From Nemertoderma westbladi (taxonomy: Eukaryota > Animalia > Xenacoelomorpha), in assembly GCA_032718475.1 (NCBI GenBank), contig JAUCBJ010005406.1, forward strand, positions 1 through 42,382: DNA of 42,382 nt. Direction: 5' to 3'. Position 1 is the stretch's first letter. Each line of letters opens with the position of its first letter. The notes under the pieces are model-generated. The model had not been told where the DNA came from. It saw only the letters and a program-made list of their open reading frames with translations, and searched no databases. Position numbers and translations under genes: made by a program. Below are positions 12,939-24,184 of this stretch, one piece after another.

Positions 12939-15900
12939 ATATGTAACATGTACATTCGTTTAGTTGCTTGTTTTATTGTGTCAGTTATGTGGATGATTCC
13001 ACTTGAGATCGGCGGATATTGTAACACCAAGAAGTTTTACATTATCAACTACATCCACACTTGTTCCACTAATATTGACTTAGGGAAGTACAATTATTGG
13101 TCGTTTTGCTTTGTAGAATGACATTTCTATACATTTCATTAATGTCAACTCCTAATCTATACCATTCTCCAACACATGTACCATCAAAGATTACACGACA
13201 ATTGAGGGCAAACGAAAACGTTAGTTAAGTGCAAACAATTGATTGAGGGCAAATCTTACTGACCGAAAAACGATATTCTAAGACTATTTGTGTCATATCG
13301 TGGAACTTGAATTCTGTAGTATAAATATAGTTGGTTGCGATTCAATCAAACTGCTCCTTCATCATATGGCACAAGTTGAATGAACTTCTATCGATTATAT
13401 TTTAACTCCATTAACCAACTGTGAACTGTTGTGTTCGCCATCAGCGAAGTTTCTCAGCTTTTCCTAAAACACATACAAATCTCGGAGCTTAATTAGCCTT
13501 GTGCTCCGAGTTGAGATCGCATTTCCTGCCACCAAGTTATTCGCTCACGTGGATTTCCGTATAAGGCACATTCTACGTGAGGCTACAATTATGAATTCGG
13601 TTAATTTTGGACATTCGCATTGATTACCTAGTGATATGATGGTGGGAGGGTAAGGCAGGATAAAGTTATTGATTTATAGATAAGCCGCTTCTAGTGCCGA
13701 AAAAAGAAAATTGGATTTGGAGAACTCCAGAAAGCTGCAAGTGATTACTGCGTGCGTTGTCGTACCGGTAACTACTGGCAGGGGGAGCTTGGCTAAGCAA
13801 ACAGCTTCGCCAATCTACAATGTTACGTATATTTGATTTGAGTTACGGCTTATCGAAACTGGACGTCAGAATGATAAATAGAGTAATCGGCGAGGGCGAA
13901 GAATAAATTCAGTGGAAGCGGAAGGGTTTCTGGAGGTTTTATGGCGGCCTTTATGTGGAGTTTCTGCGCTGTTAATTACAATACTACAGTTGGAAGGTGG
14001 CTGGGGGGGGGGGGGGGGGGGGGTAAGAGATAAGGTGGTTAGCGGTATGCTTCGCGATCGAGTTATTTATTTATGTTGGGGTGAGAGTGATGGTGGGAGT
14101 GTTCGGACATTTTCGTCTGTCTAACATACTGTACTGTATCCAATTTCTATTCCTTTTTTATAATAATAAAACTTATTTCTCGGATGCAACATGTCTTCCT
14201 ACGTCTGGTCAAGTTGTTCATATTCGGATGAATAATACAATAATAATAATAATAATTCGGATGAGTTATAAGGATGTATTAATCGAAGTAATTATGAATA
14301 GTTTAGTACCTCATAGTGATATTTAGTGGTTCTCGAGACATTTTATAAGACGTTTTCAACATTTTAATCGTATAATAATGATAAGTCGACTTACTTAGGG
14401 GAAAAACAGTGGGTCACGGATACCGATAGTACCGATACCGAGTGGGATACGGACACGGATACAGTGTACGTGAAACTAATTTATTATACTGTAACTTCAG
14501 TATGTGACAAAAGTTGACGTCTAAAATATTTTTATTACATGGGAAAAAAGTATAACTTTTTCCGCTATTGTAAAGGTATTTTATTTACCTAGCGCCAGCG
14601 ATCTTAAGTAAAATTTAATTTAATAATATTTTATTTTACTGTTAGCCGGGAAAAAAATTAAATCAATGCAATCGTAGGGGTTACTTTTTAGGGTAAAAAG
14701 TACCTATTTTTCTTCCGAATTTTGTCCGATTATTCGATATTCGATCGAAAAAGTATGGTAACAATTTAAGAAAAAATAATTATTTTTTCATGTTGTTTGT
14801 CATATTTTACATAGAATTGATGAATATGTTGTTGAGAAATTATTATTTTGAGTAAAATTTTTAAATTCTTACATACTGTACATTAAATTCTACTTATAGG
14901 CCTACTCTAACCTTATGAGATAAATTATCATGGTATGGTGAACATTACTATAAGAAAACAATAAATAATATTATAATACAACTTTTTCATCAATGCAATC
15001 AATCCCACACACACCATATCACCGCCCATACACCAGGATGCCAGTACGAATGAGTTATTGTGTATAAAACCGAGCATCCACATACAGAGACAACAACTTA
15101 CTGCACATTCGATTGACAATGCTCCCCAAGATTGGCCAGCCTTACCATATATCTCGTGGAAGCCTTCTGCCGTCTACTAATCTGAGGTTATTCGAATTAG
15201 ACGTACATACTCGTATCTCAAAGATACAGTCACAGAGAGTGTCTGCCGCAGAGCCGTGGTAGATGCCTATTGGTAGTGTGGTTAGTGGTTTCTCAGCCTC
15301 CCCCCCCCCCCCCCCCCCCCCCCAACAAAAAAAATTATTCAGGATGCATGTGGTGCACATACATTACTTTTATTTTTGAGATATAATTTACATTATTCCG
15401 TCATGTGTTGAATTGGAATGAAACCTTTTTATTCCCCTATCTGACGAAACACATGCGCTTAAACAGTGATGTTTAAAAATTCAAATACGAACATTGTTGC
15501 ATGATTTGGTATCGCCTACATAAAAATTACCTTCTAGGTTCGAAAAATGATGTATGATTCTATTGTACTAATAATAATTGTTCGGAAATGATGATATTTA
15601 TCACGGTGTGTTGTCGCTAATGAACTTCATAGGGCGTGTACCTGCATCAAAGCAAGATGTTTTGCAATTCTACTGCTGTATAGAAAATATAGTTTGAAGT
15701 TTGAAGAGTTCAGTATAGTAATTCAGTATATTCCAACTTCACTAACATAATTACAAACCCATTTACTTTATAATCTACGGGATATAATATACCTCTATGA
15801 ACCAAAAACTTAGCAATCATCCTTCAAGCTAACATCACGGATGAAAGATTCTGGTTGAGAGTAAATCCCGAACGCAAAAGATAACCGATTGACATTGTAA

Positions 15901-16678
15901 TGAGGTAATTACCCCAACATGGCTTCCTAGATGGAAGCAGATTGACCTTGTTGTAAAATTCATTTGTCCAGCCTGGAACGCCCTGGGAAGCAGCTATTAT
16001 CTACCTACATATAAACGTAACGACCTTGAGAAACCGCAGAATGTGGAATATGGCCGGAAGTGCAGTAGTAACTGGTAGCGGATTGATGGGAGGGGAGGGG
16101 CACATCCGACGACTACCATAATAGAACTTATAGATTATAAGTAGTTAATCGAGTTATTACTGCTGGTTGAGCAGACCGGAAAGAGTGGAGTCGGCCAGGA
16201 ATGGTGGAGACTCTAGAGGATAACTCAATAATCTCTGGTCGATCCATTCATCATACGCCCGTGAATCGTCGCAGTCCATTACGGTACATTACTACACTCT
16301 ACAGTTTAGGTGACGGCTACCAACAGAGAGTCGGCGGGCTGCCTCTACTGAGAGATAAACCACTCAAATATACTTAGATATCACACTGGTAACGGTAACT
16401 GGGTTCTGGATCCACAGCGCTCATTTTAATATGATTTTAATACGCCAGGCCGTTATACTGAGTATATTGTGAAGCCGTGATACGGATGAGAATAATAATA
16501 AATGAGCCGTGGGGAAAACCTTGTGGGAATGCCTGATTTGTGGATCCATGGGACCCATTTGTAGGATAGGATCAATGCAATACTCCTTGGAATTGGGATG
16601 GAAACGTATGGTACTTACGTAAAGCATGGAACCCTTTTGGGAAGAAGAAACCATGCAATACTAGTTGCATGTACTATA

Positions 16679-16911
16679 CTTGGTGTAGTGGTTGCAATGA
16701 ATTCACATCTCTCGTAAGTCGTGGGTTCGATCCTCACATGGGCCAGGGCAGTTTTAGTTTAGGCACGAATGCTTTAAAGGGACCAGCCATGCCGCATCTC
16801 TACCTTGCCATCCTTAAGTGGTAACTAAATGAATATTTAGTAGATTTTCCTTTGGGGAGCATAGTTTTGCGGGAACCGCACTGGAAATAAGTCGACAGAC
16901 TTTTACTTTAC
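16679..16911 (+). mobile_element. tRNA-derived SINE family B, copy 2
   Basis: Aligns by eye with 7902-8180 (TGGTGTAGTGGTTGCA, GTGGGTTCGATCCTCACATGGGCCAGGGCAG, CCGCACTGGAAATAAGT) and has a short TTTAC tail. Confidence 0.82.
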
Positions 16912-16967
16912 GGATGAAAGCTTTTTCATTCTAACATTCTAACTTTATAGTTAGAAGAAATGACCCA

Positions 16968-17138
16968 TGCAACCCAGTTGAAAAGATCCAGGTAACTCAG
17001 TTGGAAAAGGATCCAGGTAACCCAACTGGGAGGATCCAGGTAACCCAGCTGTAAGGATCCAGGTAACCCAGTTGGAAGGATCCAGCTAACCCAGTTGGAA
17101 GGATCCAGGTACCTCAGTTGGAAGGATCCAGGTAACCC
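16968..17138. repeat. 23-bp minisatellite, left block
   Basis: Unit CCCAGTTGGAAGGATCCAGGTAA, about 7 copies. Confidence 0.92.
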
Positions 17139-18097
17139 GGATGTAGGACAATTCGGTCCCGGACAATTCGGTCCGGACAATTCGGTCCCAGACAATTCGG
17201 TCCCGGACAATTCGGTCCCGGACAATTCGGTCCCAAAACACTAAATAAATGGGACCGAATTGTCCGGGACCGAATTGTCCGGGACCGAATTGTCCTAGGA
17301 CCGAATTGTCCGGGACCGAATTGTCCGGTTCCTGATAGCAACTTTTTAGTGCTTTTTTGATATTGGTGAATGTTCTAGAACATTAGTAGAGATATTTGTT
17401 ATGGTAGCTAGTGTTATTTACTTGCTAGAATTTTTTGAAATTTTAAAAATACTGTATTTGTTTTAATTTTTGTTATTGGTAGTGTTCGAGAATATTATTA
17501 TATATTACAGAATTAGGCCTAAACTGTTGCTGATTATATTAATTACCAAAAATATTGATGATATTATAACAGTCCCTGAATGAGATCCAGCTATTATCTA
17601 GGATAATAATTTAGGCTTGTTAACCAACCAACAACAGATACAGTATACTTACTCAGTATATAAAAAAATCAGTTTTAAACATTTTAAATACATACTATTA
17701 TTACTAGCTAGTAAATAATTCACAAGCTCCATAAAAACACCATAGCTACCAAAAATAATAATGTTAACAAAAAAGTAAATTTTTTTTATTAAAAAAAAAA
17801 TACTAGCTAGTAAAAAAAACACTAGCTACCATATAATAATATATATTAAGGTTCTAGAACATTTACCATTATATAGTATCAATTAAATTCGGTCCCGGTC
17901 AATTCGGTCCCGGACAATTCGGCCCCTGACAATTCGGTCCCGGACAATTCGGTTCCGGACAATTCGGTCCCATTAATATGCATGTTTTGGGACCAAATTG
18001 TCCTAGTCAGTATCCGGACAATTCGGTCCCAAAACACAAAATTAATGGGACCGAATTGTCCGGACCGAATTGTCCGGGACCGAATTGTCCTGCTTCC
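17139..18097. mobile_element. Non-autonomous foldback element with complex TIRs and a 9-bp TSD (Mutator/MULE-like)
   Basis: Ends GGATGTAGGACAATTCGGTCC and GGACCGAATTGTCCTGCTTCC are inverted repeats. AGGTAACCC flanks both sides (17130-17138 and 18098-18106). Arrays of 15-bp GGACAATTCGGTCCC occur in both orientations, with further inverted similarity inside (ATGGTAGCTAGTG / CACTAGCTACCAT). Confidence 0.8.
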
Positions 18098-18825
18098 AGG
18101 TAACCCAGTTGGAAGAAACCAGGTAACCCAGTTGGAAGCAAGAATCAATGCAAATCAGTTGGAAGGATCCAGGTAACCCAGTTGGAAGGATCCAGGTAAC
18201 TCAGTTGGAAGGATGGAAGGATCCAGGTGTCCTAGGTGGAAGGATCCCTGCAACCCAGTTGGAAGGATCCAGGTAACTCAGTTGGAAGGATCCAGGTGTC
18301 CTAGGTGGAAGGATCCCTGCAACCCAGTTGGAAGGATCCAGGTAACTCAGTTGGAAGGATCCACGCAACCCAGTTGGTAGGAAGGATTGATGCAACTCAG
18401 TTGGCAGGATCCAGGTAACCCAGTTGGAAGGATCCAGGTAATCCAGTTGGAAGGATCCAGGTAACCACGTTGGAAGGATCCAGGTAACCCAGTTGGAGGG
18501 ATCCGGGTAACTCAGATGGAAGGATCCAGGTGTCCTAGGTGGAAGGATCCCTGCAACCCAGTTGGAAGGATGAAGGTAACCCAGTTGGAAGGATCCAGGT
18601 AACTCAGTTGGAAGGATCCAGGTAACCCAGTTGGAAGGGTCCAGGTAACTCAGTTGGAAGGACCCAGGTGTCCTAGGTGGAAGGATCCCTGCAACCCAGT
18701 TGGAAGGATCCATGTAACTCAGTTGGAAGGATCCACGTAACCCAGTTGGTAGGATGGATTGATGCAACTCAGTTGGCAGGATCCAGGTAACCCAGTTGGA
18801 AGGATCCAGGTAACCCAGTTGGAAG
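18098..18825. repeat. 23-bp minisatellite, right block, with a 69-bp higher-order unit
   Basis: Same unit, about 30 copies. The variant GTGTCCTAGG recurs at 18227, 18296, 18530 and 18668 (spacings 69, 234, 138). Confidence 0.92.
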
Positions 18826-19544
18826 CAAGAATCCATCCGATCCGGTTGGGTAAAGGATATTTATAGTTTATTATTGGTGTTATGGGTGAATGAGTGATTT
18901 CATATAATTATAACTTTTGTTGGGCACAGCTTTTGCAAAGTCGGAAAGTTATAAGGATATTTATGGCACAGAATCAGGGTTCGATTACGAACCAAATGTT
19001 CGGTGTGCAACAGCAATCGTCCTCCTCTCAAGGACTCCCACAAACCAATCAGAGTATTGTTCCATAATTATAACCAAATTTGGGCTATGGCCTGGCATAT
19101 CAGGTCCGTTCATAAGATATCAGTAACTTTTGTTAACAGGAAATAATATGGCTGGCTATGTTAAAAAAAGGGAAATTCGCCCAGAAGGGATGTAAAGCGA
19201 TGGAAGTTTCGGAAGAGTCGAATCAGGAAATTGAGAAAGTCCGTGAATCAATGCACCCTGCCGTCATCCCTTATTGTCTATGACTAAAGAGACGATTCTT
19301 TTGATCTTAGGGGAGATTTATAAATTACTAAGTAATTTACACTACAGTGTTATGATCTTCGTATCTCTCTCATCTTTGTGTGCGTTATTTATTACGTTCT
19401 TGTTTAAATGAGTTTGTATTCCATATGGCAGTCCTATTAATATACCTGGTGCACCAGCCAGTACAGGTAACGCTACTGGATTCTCACACGCCTTATTTAG
19501 AAATACATTATGATAATACAGAAATAAAAAAATAGAATATAACA

Positions 19545-19780
19545 ATAATGAGCTTATTTCTCAACAACACAACAATGCTATTGTTTCTCTACAACTCATC
19601 AAATATTCTATTGTTTTTCTACAACACAACAATGCCATTGTTTCTCTACAACTCATCAAATATTCTATTGTTTTTCTACAACACAACAATGCCATTGTTT
19701 CTCAGCAACTCAACTATGCTATTGCTTCTCCACAACTCAACATGAGCTTATTTCTGAACAATACAACAATGTTATGGTTC
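19545..19780. repeat. 27/30-bp tandem repeat (57-bp dimer)
   Basis: ACAACACAACAATGCCATTGTTTCTCT alternates with ACAACTCATCAAATATTCTATTGTTTTTCT. Confidence 0.85.
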
Positions 19781-19868
19781 ATCATCATGTCATTTTTAAT
19801 AATCAAAATGGGGAAATTCGACGCAAATAACAGATGATTACTCTCAATAATAAAACTGTAAGCTGTTC

Positions 19869-19990
19869 TATTGTGCTTAGTTTATTGTTTTGGTTAAAAT
19901 AACGTGCCACTGTAACCTTCTACTTTCCCTAAATTGATAATTTAACATTGAGGCGGGATATTAATTCCCCAAGGCGGGTTTTGAGGTCAG
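19869..19990 (+). mobile_element. MITE-like repeat, copy 4
   Basis: GTTTATTGTTTTGGTTAAAATAACGTGCCACTG...TTTCCCTAAATTGATAATTTAACATTGA matches copy 3. Confidence 0.6.
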
Positions 19991-21111
19991 TTTCCCCCCT
20001 GTCTCAAAAAATTACCCTGGCTATAGCAGGTATCAAAACCATAAACTAAGATCATATTTTTGAAAAAATTGAAAAGTGTTTACTTTTGATACACGTTAGG
20101 TCAGTTGTAATCAGAAGAAAATTATGTAATTTTTCTCGGGTTGGCTTTTTTGGGACACTTTCTCTATCTGCTTTTTAACTACTCAAAATTAATTGTGTTG
20201 AAAGAAGTTTGGAATTTTTTTTAAAAAAGTTATCGCATTTTTTGTTTCAAAATTACCCGAAAATCGAAAAAAAAAATCGAAAATTTAGAGATTTTTTACA
20301 CAGAAAGCCATAACATTTTTACAACAAAACTTCAAAAAGGTTGCTGTTTTTTATTATTATTATTCCGGAATGCGTATCATTACTTTTTCATAATTCCGGC
20401 TTCCAAGGTAATTATTACTCCATACTATATCTGCCATTAATAGAGGTAGTGATAGACACAAACAAGCTGTGCATGATATCGCTTTCACTGCCCATTATTT
20501 AATCTGTGCATACTACATAATTATTAATTGACATTTTGAAGAATTTTGAGGTGATAAGTTCACGTTCAAAACCAGGGTAGCCCATAAATAACATAATGTA
20601 AGGGAGAGGGTTGGGATCTGCGCGCCACTTTGTACAAAATAGAGAAAGATTAAGCCTATTTCGTGAGGTCTGAGATGTAAATAATTACATCGAAGCCTAG
20701 GAAGGGAGATTTGTACCAAAATGTGACCAGACGGAGAACAAATGGTGGCGTCATTTATAACGGCTTCTATTTATATACGACGTGTAAAGAGATTTATAAT
20801 ATCCGGTTCAAAATGAAATTGGTAAGATGAAAAGGAGAAAAAAGTTGATCCGCACAAAAAATACATCTTATATTTAAGAAATATATTTGTAACCCCGGTT
20901 ATCTGTCAGTTGTTACCTTACAGATATGGAGATTTAGTGACATTTTTAGGAACTGACTACGTACGTTTTATGTACAATAATACAAATGAGTGACTGAGTG
21001 ACGATTGATAGCGTAAACTACAGAATACACAACTCCAGTAAACACTGCGGGCACATATTGTATGTGCATTACCGTATACAAACTGAATAGACCTATACTA
21101 TAGTATTACTG

Positions 21112-21876
21112 CTAGTATTCTCTTCCGTTATCATCAATAATTTTTGCTTTAGTATCACTTTCAACAGTATCAGCTGTACCGGTATCAGGTACAACAGTAC
21201 CGGACTCAGTTCCATCTGTATCAATTTCTCGATCTGAACATTTAGTTTCCGCGCTAACTTCCCCTTTAGCCTCGACCTCCTCCACTGATCCATTAGGCTC
21301 CCCCTTTTCTCCACTAACAACTCCATTCTCTCCCCTCCCAACAGACAACTCTTGAATCTTACTAACAATCTCCTCGCTACCATCTCCCCGCTCTACGACT
21401 TTACCAGAATCGATAACCGACTGCTCGAATACCACGCGGAAGCGATCAGCAATCCCGGAATCCTTGAACCGAATGGCCAACGTCTCTGGTTTGGGTTTCT
21501 CGTCTGCGTAGTCAGCGTTGACACTCCAGACCCAGGCCTTATCGCTGCCGGCACTGCGTGCTAAACCCATCCCCTTTACGATGAAGTGGTTGGCGCACAA
21601 CTTACGAGTCTTTTCTCGACGCATTAGGAAGCGAACTCTCTGCGTGATTCGGTGCCGGAGGAGTTTAACTTCCCCGACCCCGCGATCTTTCCATTCTTGC
21701 CCGTCGTCATGATCACCTTGGATGTACCGGTAGAGTTTTCCCCGCTGTTGGAATAGAATCTCTTCGTCTTCCTCTAATGTTTTTGTTTCTATCTGGGGTA
21801 AACTGACTATTGGTTCGAATATTATAGATTCGTTTTCCTTTTCAACAGAAGCGATATCATCCTGGACTTCAGCCAT
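21112..21876 (-). CDS. RANBP1: Ran-binding protein 1 (Ran-specific GTPase-activating protein co-factor), single-exon ORF
   Basis: Ran-binding domain motifs FEPIVSLP, TLEEDEE, KLYRY, EWKDRGVGEVKLL, LMRREKTRKLCANH, GSDKAWVW, ADYADEKPKPETLAIRF. NES-like EIVSKIQELSV and an acidic tail. ATG to TAG is uninterrupted. Confidence 0.93.
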   Translation of the reverse strand: MAEVQDDIASVEKENESIIFEPIVSLPQIETKTLEEDEEILFQQRGKLYRYIQGDHDDGQEWKDRGVGEVKLLRHRITQRVRFLMRREKTRKLCANHFIVKGMGLARSAGSDKAWVWSVNADYADEKPKPETLAIRFKDSGIADRFRVVFEQSVIDSGKVVERGDGSEEIVSKIQELSVGRGENGVVSGEKGEPNGSVEEVEAKGEVSAETKCSDREIDTDGTESGTVVPDTGTADTVESDTKAKIIDDNGREY

Positions 21877-22264
21877 ATTCTGTAGTCAGGTACGGTAGTA
21901 CGTAGTACTGTCTGACTGTAGTATTCCAGTATTCTGGAATTAAGTGATTATTATATTTCTGTTCTGTAGGCCTACAGCTGTATACTGCAAGCAGTACTGG
22001 ACTGGAATCTCAGTATCTGGGTATACTGGTATGGTTTTGGTATATATCAGTATATGTCAGTATGTTATGTTATAGGCCTACTGGCCTATGTACAGATGTA
22101 CGTAGGCCTACTGTGTACTGCGTACGCTGACACCACAACCACACCTCCTATTTCAGTACCGGTAAATTTAACAGTTGTAACATTTACAGTCGTAAGTAGG
22201 CCTACAGACAAGAGAGTAAAAATTCAAGCACTCATTTTGTGAACATCCAATAAGCTTTCAGTGG

Positions 22265-22969
22265 TTGCCATCAATTCTGGCCACAACTAACTCTGAAATT
22301 GCAGCTAAAATTCTCACAGATAAATTAACTAACACACTTGACCTAATTGCACCAATTAGGAGCATCCGCATCAAGCAATCAACCGAGTCATGGATCACCC
22401 CTGAAATCTTGTCATTGATTCAGGCTAGAAATAGAGCCCAATACATTTTCCATCACCATAGAACGCCACCTAACTACAACTCTTACAAACGCCTACGCAA
22501 CGATGTTACATTACAAATTACAGTAGATCTGCTAAATCTTCATATATCAAAACCTGTCTGGAATCCAATTAATGCAACAGCAAAGAACTCTGGAAAGTAC
22601 TAAAGTCGCTGGGGGCACCTTCAAAAAAAGCCAAAACCTCGACCAAAATAGCAGCCATCAAAACTGAGGATGGTTCCTTTGGCTACTGATCCTGAAGTTA
22701 TTGCAAATCATATGAACCATTATTTTACCAACGCTGCCAAAAACCTTGTAGACAAACTACCACAACAACCAAATATTTACAATATGGAGTAGCTGTTAAA
22801 GAGTTCTATGCTGCAAAAGGAATCCAACCAGGCAGTTTCTCCTTGAAACCCGTAGATCTTTCAGACATCAATAAAATCATTATGAGCCTCGACATCCACA
22901 AGAGTAGTGGACCTGATTCTATTAGTCCAAGAATTATAAAGGATGGATGCCCAATTATTGAAAACTACT
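22265..22969 (+). pseudogene. Decayed LINE (CR1/L2/Crack-like) ORF2 fragment between endonuclease and RT, cut at 22969
   Basis: LDLIAP..WITPEI..YKRLRN, then with frameshifts SKELWKVLKSLG, IANHMNHYF, KSSGPDSISPRIIKD. It stops abruptly where the RT domain should begin. Confidence 0.85.
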
Positions 22970-23799
22970 TGTTCGCGCTTTCAGACCTTTAGCAGTTTAA
23001 CCTGCCAAATTGGGATGTCTTTTAGATGATACAGTAGATCGTCTTTAGCCTATGACAAGTATTTGATACACTACATTAGCCGAAGCCAGTCTATGCGCGA
23101 TCATTCACCCGCTGGATATACCCGGGAGACTGGATTCGGAAGCCTAACCGTATTGCGGGGTAGGCCTACTGTATTATTCGACTGATCGTAATATATATAA
23201 TCTCTGACAAATATTATTCACTTTCGGGAAATATTAACAGTTCCTTTAGGACGTGGCGCTCTAAATATGTAAACAGAGTTATGACTTAAACTAGACACAA
23301 AGGGATGGCTATAGATTCACGTATATGGCGCATTCTTTAGGAGATGCTTTGTTATCAGTCACAATCATACACAATACTGCACGATGCTGCACACTAATCT
23401 GCCGACCTTCACTAATTTTAGTCACATATAAAGAGAACAACAGACAATACATGTAGGGCTTATGAAATAGCATTAGATTCACTTCAAACCACTTAATGTA
23501 AGTCGCAATCGTTATATGTAACCGGTCTCTCTAACCTTTAGTATATCAAGAAGATTGGGGTGTCTGATTATTTATCAGTATTCCAAATATAATATTCCAT
23601 CAACAAATATAATGAATAACCGACAGTAAATAGCAGTACAAAGTTTAAGGTATGAATGGTTCGTTAAGTAAGTGAGTTTCGATAACAGATATACATTCTA
23701 TAATTAAGCCTACTAATGTTGGGCTAAAGACTGAAACACGGAGGTTCCAAAGCCGATGTTCTAGGCTGTGGACAAAATCACATACTGACTCAACTCCAA

Positions 23800-23931
23800 G
23801 AGTTTCTATATACAAATCTCTAACACAGAGGCAAAAAACGCTCTGATTGGTCGACCGAACAAAGAAGGAACAGAGAACAAAGAAAAGGCTCCACGTGTAC
23901 AGCATCAGCTGTTAGCCGTCGTCATGGTAGC
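23800..23931 (-). promoter_or_regulatory. Putative LTR promoter (X-box-like, CCAAT, TATA)
   Basis: Minus-strand order: X-box-like GCTACCATGACGAC (23918-23931), CCAATCAGAG (23841-23850), TATATAGAAA (23803-23812). It lies ~830 bp before the ACA terminus. Confidence 0.5.
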
Positions 23932-24184
23932 TACACTGTTTACAGAGGATTTGGCGCATTGCGTCATAAAATTGCTAATTATGTCCGCTAAAGTACACAT
24001 ACAGAAGAAATGGCTTTTATGTCCTCTAAAACACCAGTACAGTAAGGACATGGCCTTTTATGCCTGTTAAACCAACTACAGAGTAATTTACGGGGAAAAT
24101 AACCGGCTAATTCCGCAAAATGGGATTTAAGTCTATAAAATATAACAAATCACAGTTTCTAAAATATAAAAATACTCTAAACAG

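Noticed and set aside
13000-16660. Short ORFs and GC-richer patches (14410-14465 GATAC repeats, 14928-15360, 15900-16654)
   Set aside because: Probably old transposon debris; I recognise no motif well enough to call a feature.
16926-18836. ORFs of 64-211 aa over the repeat region, and a CRISPR-like look of the 23-bp repeats
   Set aside because: The ORFs are by-products of 15-bp and 69-bp periodicity. The repeats are head-to-tail with no unique spacers, there are no cas genes, and the DNA is eukaryotic.
19548-19745. 65-aa hydrophobic repeat ORF
   Set aside because: Explained by a tandem repeat whose unit lengths are divisible by three.
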